Origin: Sphingobacteriales bacterium
GTDB lineage: Bacteria; Bacteroidota; Bacteroidia; UKL13-3
Reading direction: 5' to 3'
Assembly: GCA_021299635.1 (NCBI GenBank)
Contig: JAJTFA010000001.1
Coordinates: forward strand, 283,842-347,841
Length of the DNA: 64,000 bases
This document shows, piece after piece, positions 1 through 9,496 of this stretch (position 1 is its first letter; each line of letters starts with the position of its first letter). The translations under genes were made by a program, and so were the position numbers. The notes beneath the pieces are model-generated. The model saw only the letters and a list, made by a program, of their open reading frames with translations, searched no databases and was not told where the DNA came from.

Positions 1-499
1 TTTCAGTAGTACCACCACCTATATCAATAATCATGTTGCCCATAGGCTCAAACACATCAATACCGATACCTATGGCAGCAGCCATTGGCTCATGAATGAG
101 GTAAACTTCTTTTGCTCCTGCGCGCTCTGCACTGTCTTTAACGGCACGTTTTTCTACTTCTGTAATACCTGAAGGTATACAAATAACCATGCGTTGTTGT
201 GGCTTGATGAGTTTACTGCTTTGCGGTATCATCTGAATCATGCCTCGTATCATATGCTCAGCAGCATTAAAATCTGCGATTACACCATCTTTAAGTGGCC
301 TGATGGTTTTGATATCTTCATGAGCTTTTCCATGCATTTGCTGCGCCTGACTGCCAACAGCAATTACATTACCGGTTCTGCGGTTTATGGCAATAATAGA
401 TGGCTCATCTACCACTACCTGATCTTTATGAATAATCAGCGTATTTGCTGTTCCCAGGTCTATAGCTAAGTCCTGTGTTAAAAAACTAAACATTCCCAT
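1..499 (-). CDS. mreB: Rod shape-determining protein MreB (5' part, runs off window)
   Basis: Minus strand from ATG at 499 reads MGMFSFLTQDLAIDLGTANTLII...; IDLGTANT actin-like motif; not in ORF track because truncated. Confidence 0.93.
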   Translation of the reverse strand, partial: MGMFSFLTQDLAIDLGTANTLIIHKDQVVVDEPSIIAINRRTGNVIAVGSQAQQMHGKAHEDIKTIRPLKDGVIADFNAAEHMIRGMIQMIPQSSKLIKPQQRMVICIPSGITEVEKRAVKDSAERAGAKEVYLIHEPMAAAIGIGIDVFEPMGNMIIDIGGGTTE

Positions 500-584
500 G
501 TGTGCTTCTTTCTCTTAGGGGATTTAATGACCGCAAATTATAATAATATTCCACAATTCATAACAATCTGTTTTCCTCAGTTTG

Positions 585-2108
585 TTAATGTTTAAAATGT
601 CTGATTCCTGTAAAATACATGGCTATCCCATTTTCATTGCAATAGGAAACCGATGCATCGTCTTTAACAGAGCCACCGGGCTGTATCACCGCATTGATAC
701 CTTCTTTGCCTGCTATTTCTACACAATCAGGGAAAGGGAAAAATGCATCGCTACTCATTACGGCATCATTGAGGCTGAAATGAAATGCATGTGCTTTGGC
801 AATGGCACCTTTTAGGGCATCAACCCTTGATGTTTGACCACAACCAATGCCAATAAGTTGCTTATTTTTAGCCAAAACTATGGTGTTTGACTTGGTATGT
901 TTCACAATTTTATCTGCAAAGAGCATATCCTGTATTTGGCTGGCAGTGGCTTTATGCTTGGTTACCTGGTTAATTTCGCTATCCTTTAATATCACCGCAT
1001 CTCGGTCCTGTTCAATCACACCATTTAAGATGCTTCTGTAAAGTTTGTTTTGAGGTAATTTGCCATGTTGCAGCAATAAAATTCTATTCTTTTTACTTTG
1101 TAATATTTGCAGGGCATTGCCTTCAAAACCTGGTGCTATTAGCACCTCCATAAAAATTTTATCAATCTCTTTTGCAGTAGCCTCATCAATGGGTTGGTTG
1201 GCAACAATAATGCCTCCAAAGGCCGAAACAGGATCTCCGGCAAGAGCATCCAGCCATGCAGTCGAAATGTTTTCTCTTGAAGCTACTCCGCAAGGGTTGT
1301 TGTGCTTAATGATGGCAATTGTTGGTTCATCAAAATCAGCAATAAGATTTAACGCTGCGTCAATATCCAACAAATTGTTGTAAGACAGTTCTTTACCATG
1401 CAATTGGGTAAAAAGCCGGTTTAGATGGCCATAGAAAATACCCTTCTGGTGAGGGTTTTCGCCATAGCGCAATGCATTGGCAGGCGATACTGAGGCCTTG
1501 AAATTTGCCGGGGCGTCTTTATCAAAATACTGATAAATTAAACCGTCATAATGCGATGTAACATGAAAAGCTTTAGCAGCATAGCCTCTTCTCTGATTTA
1601 GGCTCAATTCTCCATTTTGCTTTTCGAGTATGTCTGATAATGAACCAAAGTCTCCTTTATCACAAATAATGGCGGTATCGTTAAAGTTTTTGGCGGCTGC
1701 CCTGATGAGTGAAACACCTCCGATATCAATCTTTTCAATAATTTTCGACTCATCAGTTGTGCTTTGCACGGTTTCTTCAAACGGATATAAATCTACCACA
1801 ATCAAATCAATAAAAGGAATTTCGTAGGCGGCTACTTCCTGCTTGTCCTGCTCATGGTCTCTGCGAGCCAGAATGCCACCAAAAACTTTTGGATGGAGTG
1901 TTTTTACCCTACCGCCCAAAATGCTTGGGTATCCGGTGAGGTCTTCAACACGATTCACGGGTATACCAAGTTTTTCAATATACTCTTGGGTTCCTCCGGT
2001 AGAATATATATTTACGCCAAGTTTGTGAAGCGTTTTGGCCAGTATATCTAGCCCATCTTTATAATACACAGACAGGAGAGCATTGTTAAGTTTACGCGAA
2101 CTGTTCAT
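585..2108 (-). CDS. purH: Bifunctional AICAR transformylase/IMP cyclohydrolase
   Basis: GRVKTLHP, IDIGG, LRYGENPHQ, SDAFFPF, C-terminal RHFKH. Confidence 0.97.
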   Translation of the reverse strand: MNSSRKLNNALLSVYYKDGLDILAKTLHKLGVNIYSTGGTQEYIEKLGIPVNRVEDLTGYPSILGGRVKTLHPKVFGGILARRDHEQDKQEVAAYEIPFIDLIVVDLYPFEETVQSTTDESKIIEKIDIGGVSLIRAAAKNFNDTAIICDKGDFGSLSDILEKQNGELSLNQRRGYAAKAFHVTSHYDGLIYQYFDKDAPANFKASVSPANALRYGENPHQKGIFYGHLNRLFTQLHGKELSYNNLLDIDAALNLIADFDEPTIAIIKHNNPCGVASRENISTAWLDALAGDPVSAFGGIIVANQPIDEATAKEIDKIFMEVLIAPGFEGNALQILQSKKNRILLLQHGKLPQNKLYRSILNGVIEQDRDAVILKDSEINQVTKHKATASQIQDMLFADKIVKHTKSNTIVLAKNKQLIGIGCGQTSRVDALKGAIAKAHAFHFSLNDAVMSSDAFFPFPDCVEIAGKEGINAVIQPGGSVKDDASVSYCNENGIAMYFTGIRHFKH

Positions 2109-2128
2109 GGTAATTGGTTTGAAGCGGG

Positions 2129-2136
2129 CAAAAGTA
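2129..2136 (-). promoter_or_regulatory. Bacteroidota sigma-A -7 box (TACTTTTG) upstream of purH
   Basis: Matches TAnnTTTG about 20 bp upstream of the start. Confidence 0.5.
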
Positions 2137-2176
2137 AGTTGCCTACAGGGCTTTTGCCTGATTATTTATTCATAAC

Positions 2177-2746
2177 TTATGCACCCAACACACGCCTTAT
2201 TGCTTCAGGGAAATATTGCATCTCCAACTTAGATATTTTCCGGGCAAGGTCTGCTTCTGTATCGGTGTCTTGCACGTCAAATCTGGCTTGGAAAATAGGG
2301 GGGCCTTCATCGTATTTTTCCGTTACGAAATGAATGGTTATTCCATGCTCTTTTTCTTTTGCTTCAATTACTGCGTGATGCACATGATGACCATACATGC
2401 CTTTACCCCCGAATTTTGGCAGCAAAGCCGGATGTATATTGATAATTTTGCGAGGAAAAGCATTAACCAGATAGGCGGGTATGAGCCATAAAAAACCAGC
2501 CAACACGATCAAGTCAGGTTCATAGCTTTGGATTTGTTCTAAGAAGCTTGCTTCATTTTCAAAATCAGCTTTGTTAAACAAATACACCGGTACACCGAAA
2601 GGCTTCATTTTATTAATAACACCGGCATTCGGGTTATTACAAAATAATGCCTTTACCTGTATGTTCGGGTTGTGCTCAAAAACCTTACAAATATTCTCTG
2701 CATTTGAACCGGTTCCTGATGCAAATATGATGACGTGTTTAGGCAT
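2177..2746 (-). CDS. purN: Phosphoribosylglycinamide formyltransferase
   Basis: ASGTGSN, INIHPALLP, GITIHFV..YDEGP; adjacent to purH. Confidence 0.96.
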   Translation of the reverse strand: MPKHVIIFASGTGSNAENICKVFEHNPNIQVKALFCNNPNAGVINKMKPFGVPVYLFNKADFENEASFLEQIQSYEPDLIVLAGFLWLIPAYLVNAFPRKIINIHPALLPKFGGKGMYGHHVHHAVIEAKEKEHGITIHFVTEKYDEGPPIFQARFDVQDTDTEADLARKISKLEMQYFPEAIRRVLGA

Positions 2747-4287
2747 TAGAATTCAAGTTCATCCAGCAAGGCTTTGCGGAATAATGAATCGATATTGTTA
2801 TTGCCATTGAGCCTTTGCAGTGGTAAAGAACAAAATATTAAATCGGCCTTGCCGGTGGAGACGCGCTTGCGTGCACTTAAAACATTAGAGGGGCCAATCC
2901 ATGCAGAAGTTCCAAGATTGGTTTGGTTGATAAGGTTTGCTCGGCAAAGTGAATCGTAGGAAAATAAACCTGAAGTTCCTGAAAAAGTAATAAAGGGTCT
3001 TGAGTTGGAAATAATGCTGGTTGATTTAAGTATCGGCCATCCGCTGCCGGGGTTATGAGGTGAAAAGATTTCATTTACATTCATTCGGATATTACCACCT
3101 GGAGTTGGCACAACCAATGATTCAACTGGTGTAAAACTCAGCACCGATGAAGTTGCAGGAAAATCATTTGAAATTTCAGCAGCAATAAACATACGACCGC
3201 CATTGTTAAAAAATTCGGCTGTATTTTGCTGACAGGTAGCCAACGTATTGGCATCATCAGTAATCCAGATGATATTTTTAAATAAATTAAATGTTCTTGT
3301 TTGGGTTACTGCATCATTGTATAATTCATCTTTATAAAACTGTGTACTTACGCCTATCAGTGTATCAAAAACAGCCAGATTTCCTCCTATATTTTTAAAC
3401 CTATTGGCGTAGAAATTAAATACCACGCTTGATGAAGAAGTTTGTGCATTTACCACCAGAAAATCTGATGCCGGTTTTTTAATCCAGATGCTATCTTTTG
3501 CCGTAATGGAAGTATTCCCGGTTTTATCAACAGCCTTTACATAAAAATAGTTCCATGCATCGTATTTTATTCCGTTTATCAACCCACTAAGAGCCGTGGT
3601 GCGGCTGCCAGTATATACACGGCACTGCGGCTGAAAAATGCCTGCATTCGCCACTCCTTCAAGCCTTATGCTGCTGGTATATACAGAATCACTAATGATG
3701 GCATCTGAGATATTGCCCGGTACTGCAAAAGTTCCGTTGGCAGCATCATTCATGTATATTTCAAATCTGTCTATGTCATTTCTTCCGTCAATGTCTGTGG
3801 TTGACCATGCAAGTTTCACAATTGGAAATGATTTTACAGGACGTTTATTGGATGTAAAATCAAAAGCAATTTTAGGTGCAGAATTTTTTATTGGAAAAAC
3901 CATGCGGGCGGGCGTAGGATCGATTTGCCCGATATTGTCAATTGCTCTTATATAAATAGGCAGCTCGCCTTTACTAACCCCAAAAGGTAGGTTTAAAAGA
4001 AAAGAACCTTTTTGTTCTTTGGTAAATAGCCAGGTTTGCTGGTTATCTGTTGAAATCTCATAGCCAGATATAAAACCTGTATTTGATTGTCCCCACCAAA
4101 AAGCACTTACAGTGGTTATGAGTAAGTTACTGCTGTCTCTGAGAACTGAGTCCACAACAACATAAGTTTCCGGTAAATCTTGTTTATTTCTGTCTCCTTC
4201 AAAATCTTTTTTGCAGCCTGCCATCAATGCGAATAACAGCAGGCAAAAGGTGAAATATAATGTTTTTATTTCTATGGATGATTTCAA
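2746..4287 (-). CDS. Hypothetical lipoprotein
   Basis: 513 aa ORF, lipobox LMAG-C followed by KKDFE; beta-rich; no family recognised. Confidence 0.7.
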   Translation of the reverse strand: MKSSIEIKTLYFTFCLLLFALMAGCKKDFEGDRNKQDLPETYVVVDSVLRDSSNLLITTVSAFWWGQSNTGFISGYEISTDNQQTWLFTKEQKGSFLLNLPFGVSKGELPIYIRAIDNIGQIDPTPARMVFPIKNSAPKIAFDFTSNKRPVKSFPIVKLAWSTTDIDGRNDIDRFEIYMNDAANGTFAVPGNISDAIISDSVYTSSIRLEGVANAGIFQPQCRVYTGSRTTALSGLINGIKYDAWNYFYVKAVDKTGNTSITAKDSIWIKKPASDFLVVNAQTSSSSVVFNFYANRFKNIGGNLAVFDTLIGVSTQFYKDELYNDAVTQTRTFNLFKNIIWITDDANTLATCQQNTAEFFNNGGRMFIAAEISNDFPATSSVLSFTPVESLVVPTPGGNIRMNVNEIFSPHNPGSGWPILKSTSIISNSRPFITFSGTSGLFSYDSLCRANLINQTNLGTSAWIGPSNVLSARKRVSTGKADLIFCSLPLQRLNGNNNIDSLFRKALLDELEF

Positions 4288-4324
4288 GTAAAGTAGTTAA
4301 AAACGAAAGTTTCTATAAGCTTAT

Positions 4325-4819
4325 TCAATCAAGTAATCGTTGTTTCAGAAGAAACATTTTTAAGGCAGTTTCAGCGGCCTCTATACCTTTGTTTCCATAT
4401 TTCCCTCCGGCCCTTTGCTTTGCCTGTGTTAGATTATCGGTGGTAAGCACACCAAACACACAAGGTTTTCCGGTATTTAGGCCCACTTGCATCACACCAT
4501 TGGCGCAGGCATCGCATATAAAATCAAAATGTCTTGTTTCGCCTTGTATCACACAGCCAAGGGTTATCACAGCGTCTATATTTTTTTGAGCAGCCAGCCA
4601 TAGCGCAGCCTGAGGCAATTCATAAGAGCCAGGAACTTCTGCAATGAAGATATTTTTGTGCCTTACCCCCATATTCAGCAAAAACTCAACGGCACCTTCT
4701 TTAAGGGTGTTTGTAATTTCAGGATTCCAAGCGGAAACAGCTATTCCTACTCCTATTTTTTTAAAAACCTTATCTGGATTTAGTGAAGTTGAAGAAAGGT
4801 TTTTTAAATGTGTTGACAT
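4325..4819 (-). CDS. ribH: 6,7-dimethyl-8-ribityllumazine synthase
   Basis: VPGSYELP, LGCVIQGETRHF, GNKG motifs. Confidence 0.96.
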   Translation of the reverse strand: MSTHLKNLSSTSLNPDKVFKKIGVGIAVSAWNPEITNTLKEGAVEFLLNMGVRHKNIFIAEVPGSYELPQAALWLAAQKNIDAVITLGCVIQGETRHFDFICDACANGVMQVGLNTGKPCVFGVLTTDNLTQAKQRAGGKYGNKGIEAAETALKMFLLKQRLLD

Positions 4820-4834
4820 GCTTCGTTCATTTTA

Positions 4835-5812
4835 TTATCGGTAAAGCACATCTTTAACTGCTTTCACAACTTTTTCAGTGCTGGGTAAAAATTCCTGGAC
4901 AAAAGTTGGTGCATATCCCAATGGTGTATCAGCTGTGGTAACACGTCTTACCGGAGCATCCAGATAGTCGAATGCATTTTTCTGAATCATGTAAGTAATT
5001 TCAGAAGAAATAGATGCCAGCGGCCAGGCTTCTTCAACCACAACCAATCGATTGGTTTTTTTAACAGATTCTATTATGGTAGCATAATCAATAGGCCTTA
5101 CGGTTCTTAAATCAATTACTTCGCAACTTAGATTTTCTTTGGCAAGTTCTTCTGCAGCAGCAAGAGCCACTTTCATTATTTTACCAAATGAAACGATGGT
5201 TACATCGGTTCCGCTCTTTTTTATATCTGCAACACCAATTGGAATGATGTATTCTTCTTCGGGTACCTCACCTTTATCACCATACATTTGCTCACTCTCC
5301 ATAAAAATAACGGGGTCGTTATCGCGTATGGCTGTTTTTAGAAGGCCTTTGGCATCATATGGGTTTGATGGAACCACTACTTTTAAGCCAGGGCAGTTGG
5401 CATACCAATTTTCAAAAGCTTGCGAGTGCTGGGCAGCAAGCTGTCCGGCAGAGCCTGTTGGTCCTCTGAAAACCATTGGAATATTAAATTGACCACCGCT
5501 CATCTGATACATTTTGGCAGCAGAGTTGATTACTTGGTCTATGGCAACCAATGAAAAGTTAAAAGTCATAAATTCAACCACAGGTCTCAGGCCATTCATA
5601 GCAGCACCAACTGCAATTCCTGCAAAACCTAATTCGGCAATAGGGGTGTCTATTACCCTTTTAGGGCCAAACTCCTCAAGCATACCCTGACTTACTTTAT
5701 AGGCACCATTGTATTCAGCAACTTCTTCACCCATCAGAAAAATATTCGGGTCTCTGCGCATTTCTTCATTCATCGCCTCGCGCAAGGCTTCTCTGAATTG
5801 TATAACTCTCAT
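4835..5812 (-). CDS. pdhB: Pyruvate dehydrogenase E1 beta subunit
   Basis: GEEVAEYNGAYKVSQG, DTPIAE, AAQHSQ. Confidence 0.95.
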   Translation of the reverse strand: MRVIQFREALREAMNEEMRRDPNIFLMGEEVAEYNGAYKVSQGMLEEFGPKRVIDTPIAELGFAGIAVGAAMNGLRPVVEFMTFNFSLVAIDQVINSAAKMYQMSGGQFNIPMVFRGPTGSAGQLAAQHSQAFENWYANCPGLKVVVPSNPYDAKGLLKTAIRDNDPVIFMESEQMYGDKGEVPEEEYIIPIGVADIKKSGTDVTIVSFGKIMKVALAAAEELAKENLSCEVIDLRTVRPIDYATIIESVKKTNRLVVVEEAWPLASISSEITYMIQKNAFDYLDAPVRRVTTADTPLGYAPTFVQEFLPSTEKVVKAVKDVLYR

Positions 5813-5830
5813 GCTTAAAATTTAAGGGTA

Positions 5831-5838
5831 CAAAAATA
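5831..5838 (-). promoter_or_regulatory. Bacteroidota -7 box (TATTTTTG) upstream of pdhB
   Basis: TAnnTTTG match 18 bp upstream of the start. Confidence 0.5.
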
Positions 5839-5994
5839 GCAGTATATACTAGCTTTCAAAGCAGGTTTAGAAAATTTGAAACCTTAAATAATAACTTATT
5901 CCTGATGCTGCACATTCAGTTTAGTCAGCATCTTAACGATGAATTGCCAATGGTTTGATATGGCACTCGTATTGATACCTGATAGGAAAGATGC

Positions 5995-6762
5995 CTAATG
6001 CGGGCCGATTAGGCGAAATGTATGCTTAAGATGAGAAAAGTGGCTTCTGCTTACTTCAAGGGGTTTATTGATTCCTTTAAGAAAAATAATTCCGGTATCG
6101 TTTGAGCCTCTTTCTATTTTAATAACATGATGCAGATTAATAATAGTAGACCTATGGATGCGGAAAAAATCATGTATAGGTAATTTATCATCCCAAATTC
6201 GAATCAAGCCATATGCAGTAAAGGTGGTGCCATCATCCATATGTACTGACGTATAGTTTCCTTTAGCCTCAATATAAACCAAGCTATTTACCTTAATGAG
6301 CTTCAATTCATGGTCAACATTTATTAATACAAGATTATCCATTGCTAACCTTGGATGGCTGTTTCCGTTATGCTGAGTACTTTGTGCTTCTTGTCTTGCT
6401 TTAACCTTCTTTAGTGTTTTATAAAGGCGGTCAATGCTTACCGGTTTGATAATATAGTCAATAACATTATAATCAAATGATTTTAAAGCCAAATCAGCGT
6501 TATTTTCTATGAAGCAGATTTTGGTTTGCGGGCTAATATTGCTAAGCAGGTTCATCCCATCAGCATCATGCATGTTAAGATCAATAAAAACCAAATCAGT
6601 TTTGTCGTAGTTGTCAGCTATCAGTTCTTTGGCAGATTCATAGGAATAGGCACAACCCAGAACTTCAATAAATCCAAAATCCTTTAACAGATCCTTTAAA
6701 TGAGCGCTTGCAGCCGTATCGTAATCAATAATGATGGCATTGAGTATCAATTTGGATTCCAT
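5995..6762 (-). CDS. LytR/AlgR family response regulator (receiver + LytTR)
   Basis: N-terminal receiver (VFIDLNM, DYIIKP); C-terminal YIEAKGNY and FFRIHRSTIIN. Confidence 0.9.
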   Translation of the reverse strand: MESKLILNAIIIDYDTAASAHLKDLLKDFGFIEVLGCAYSYESAKELIADNYDKTDLVFIDLNMHDADGMNLLSNISPQTKICFIENNADLALKSFDYNVIDYIIKPVSIDRLYKTLKKVKARQEAQSTQHNGNSHPRLAMDNLVLINVDHELKLIKVNSLVYIEAKGNYTSVHMDDGTTFTAYGLIRIWDDKLPIHDFFRIHRSTIINLHHVIKIERGSNDTGIIFLKGINKPLEVSRSHFSHLKHTFRLIGPH

Positions 6763-6877
6763 AGGACTGGTTTAGTATGGTAAAAATAGAAATTTAAATT
6801 AAATTCTAAAATATATAAGCAGGATGATTTATGCGCTTACCTTGATAAGAATTAGATTTGCATTCAAAGTTAAATTG

Positions 6878-7753
6878 ATGAATTATATAAAAATACTTAA
6901 ACCGGAGCATTGGTCAGGTTATGAATTAATGGATTGCGGGGGTGGTGAAAAGCTTGAAAAGTTTGGCCAGTTTATAATCATTAGGCCTGAACCACAGGCT
7001 ATTTGGCAAAAGCAGCTTTCAGAGAAAGAATGGCTTCAATTGGCTCATGTAAAGTTTATTCAAAAAGGGAGTCACTCAGGGGCATGGAAAAAGTTGAAGG
7101 AAATGCCAGATAAATGGAAACTTCAATATAAGCATGAAGAATTAAATGTGGCTTTTAACCTATCTTTAACATCATTTAAGCATGTAGGTGTTTTTCCAGA
7201 GCAAGCGGTTAATTGGGATTATATCTATAGCCAAACCAAAAGAATAGGGAAGGGAGCAAGGGTACTAAATTTATTTGCCTATACCGGTGGTGCATCTCTA
7301 GCCGCAAAAGCTGCGGGTGCTGATGTTACGCACGTAGATTCAGTGAAACAGGTTATCAGTTGGTCAAGAGAAAATATGGAGAGCAGCGGCCTCAAGGATA
7401 TCAGGTGGGTAGTAGAGGATGCTCTCAAATTCGTAAAGCGAGAGGTGAATCGTGGGAAAAAGTATCATGGTATTATATTGGATCCGCCTGCCTATGGCAT
7501 TGGTGCCAATGGTGAACGTTGGAAGCTGGAAGAGCTCATCAACGAAATGCTTAGCGAAATAAAATTATTACTGGATGAAGCGCATCACTTTTTGGTGTTG
7601 AATATGTACTCACTTGGCATGAGCCCACTGATTACGGAAAACCTAATAAATACGGTATTTAATCCTGAAAACCCTGAGGTGGCTGAGGTTTATCTTCCTG
7701 CTAAATCGGGTGTGAAATTGCCATTGGGCATTTTGGCCCGTTTTGCCCGCTAA
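6878..7753 (+). CDS. Class I SAM-dependent methyltransferase (RlmI/RlmK-like)
   Basis: GVFPEQ, VLNLFAYTG, IILDPPAY; start taken at ATG 6878. Confidence 0.85.
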   Translation: MNYIKILKPEHWSGYELMDCGGGEKLEKFGQFIIIRPEPQAIWQKQLSEKEWLQLAHVKFIQKGSHSGAWKKLKEMPDKWKLQYKHEELNVAFNLSLTSFKHVGVFPEQAVNWDYIYSQTKRIGKGARVLNLFAYTGGASLAAKAAGADVTHVDSVKQVISWSRENMESSGLKDIRWVVEDALKFVKREVNRGKKYHGIILDPPAYGIGANGERWKLEELINEMLSEIKLLLDEAHHFLVLNMYSLGMSPLITENLINTVFNPENPEVAEVYLPAKSGVKLPLGILARFAR

Positions 7754-7759
7754 TCTCTT

Positions 7760-7908
7760 TAATTAATGCATCATCGGAGTCATCGAATTCGGCCTCTTGC
7801 GCTGCAACAGCCTCAGGCCTCATTTGAATGACGGGTTGATTAATTTATGCATTATTGGAGTCATCGAATTCGGCCTCTTGCGCTGCAACAGCCTCAGGCC
7901 TCATTTGA
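7760..7908. repeat. Direct duplication (81 bp period) of the lysS 3' end
   Basis: 7776-7827 is identical to 7857-7908 (52 bp); extends 16 bp further with 3 mismatches. Confidence 0.95.
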
Positions 7909-9401
7909 GGGAAAAGCAGAACATCCTGAATGGATGGCTGGTTGGTCATAATCATTACCAGCCGGTCTATACCAATGCCAATACCTGCTGTTGGAGGCAT
8001 ACCATACTCAAGCGCACGAAGAAAATCATGGTCAATGAACATTGCCTCATCATCGCCTCTTTCCATAAGTTTCATCTGCTCCTCAAATCGCATACGTTGA
8101 TCAATGGGGTCATTTAATTCAGAGTAAGCATTCGCAAGCTCTTTGCCGTTTATCATCAGTTCAAAACGCTCTACCAATCCCGGTTTACTACGGTGCTTTT
8201 TGGTTAGTGGGCTCATCTCAACAGGATAATCTGTTATAAAAGTTGGTTGAATAAATTGAGCTTCGCATGTTTCGCTGAATATTTCATCAATCAGTTTGCC
8301 TTTGCCGATATTAGAGTCTACCTCAATCTTCAGCTGTTTGCAAACTGCTCTCAGCTCATCCTCTTCCATTCCGCTGATATTGATTCCGGTATGATCCTTT
8401 ATGGCATCAAACATAGTAATGCGCTTAAAAGGGCGTTTAAAGTCAATCAACTTATCACCCACTTTTACTTCAGTGGTTCCATGCAGCTCAAGCGCAATTT
8501 TTTCAAGCAATTCCTCAGTTAAATCCATCATCCAATCATAATCCTTATAGGCAACATACAGCTCCATTACTGTAAACTCAGGATTATGTGTGCGATCCAT
8601 TCCTTCATTTCTGAAATTTCTTGAGAATTCATAAACGCCATCAAACCCTCCAACAATCAGTCTTTTTAGGTAAAGTTCATTGGCAATGCGCAGGTACATC
8701 GGAATATCGAGTGTATTATGGTGCGTAACAAAAGGTCTTGCAGCCGCGCCACCCGGTATGGCTTGCAGTACCGGTGTATCTACTTCCAGATAACCTTTGT
8801 CATTATAAAATTTTCGTATGGTGTTCATAAGCCGGGTGCGCTTTTCAAAGGTGTCTTTAACTACAGGATTGATGATTAAATCAACATAACGCTGACGGTA
8901 TCTAAACTCAGGATCGGTAACAGCATCAAATGTTTCACCATCTTTCTCTTTTACAATAGGCAGCGGTTTTAATGCCTTTGATAGTAATTTCATCTCCTCC
9001 ACATGAATGGTGGTTTCACCCATTTTTGTGGTAAATACAAAGCCCGATACACCAATTATATCACCAATATCTAGTAGTTTCTTAAAAACAGTATCATATA
9101 AAGTTTTATCATCTGTTTTGCAGATATCATCTCTTCTGATGTAAACCTGAATTTTTCCTGTGGCATCCTGCAATACTGCAAAGGCTGCCTTGCCCATGTC
9201 TCGCACACTCATTATCCTTCCTGCAAGACTTACATTTTTAAATTCAATTTTTTCTGCATGATAATGGGTAAGAATATCGCGTGCCGAAGTATTGATTACA
9301 AAGCTTTCTGCCGGGTAGGCATCAATACCAAGTTTGTTTAACTCTGCTAGTTTTTCTCTTCTTTGTATTTCTTGTTCACTTAAATGGCTATGGGGATGCA
9401 T
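7845..9401 (-). CDS. lysS: Lysine--tRNA ligase (class II)
   Basis: RYRQRYVDL, GGAAARPF, FRNEG..HNPEF, YGMPPTAGIGIGIDRL. Confidence 0.97.
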   Translation of the reverse strand: MHPHSHLSEQEIQRREKLAELNKLGIDAYPAESFVINTSARDILTHYHAEKIEFKNVSLAGRIMSVRDMGKAAFAVLQDATGKIQVYIRRDDICKTDDKTLYDTVFKKLLDIGDIIGVSGFVFTTKMGETTIHVEEMKLLSKALKPLPIVKEKDGETFDAVTDPEFRYRQRYVDLIINPVVKDTFEKRTRLMNTIRKFYNDKGYLEVDTPVLQAIPGGAAARPFVTHHNTLDIPMYLRIANELYLKRLIVGGFDGVYEFSRNFRNEGMDRTHNPEFTVMELYVAYKDYDWMMDLTEELLEKIALELHGTTEVKVGDKLIDFKRPFKRITMFDAIKDHTGINISGMEEDELRAVCKQLKIEVDSNIGKGKLIDEIFSETCEAQFIQPTFITDYPVEMSPLTKKHRSKPGLVERFELMINGKELANAYSELNDPIDQRMRFEEQMKLMERGDDEAMFIDHDFLRALEYGMPPTAGIGIGIDRLVMIMTNQPSIQDVLLFPQMRPEAVAAQEAEFDDSNNA

Positions 9402-9424
9402 GTTTATACAACTTTATTATGGCG

Positions 9425-9432
9425 CAAAAATA
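9425..9432 (-). promoter_or_regulatory. Bacteroidota -7 box (TATTTTTG) upstream of lysS
   Basis: TAnnTTTG match. Confidence 0.5.
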
Positions 9433-9496
9433 GAAATCTAAATACCATTTACTAACTTTTTTGAGCCACGATGCCATTATGCTATCTTTGCAAGAC

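Noticed and set aside
7760..7908. Diversity-generating retroelement TR/VR pair (all three mismatches are at adenines of lysS)
   Set aside because: Only three differences, no reverse transcriptase in the window, and the variant copy is not within a target gene.
7797..8117. 106 aa plus-strand ORF with an internal peptide repeat
   Set aside because: Antisense to lysS; the repeat simply reflects the lysS 3' duplication.
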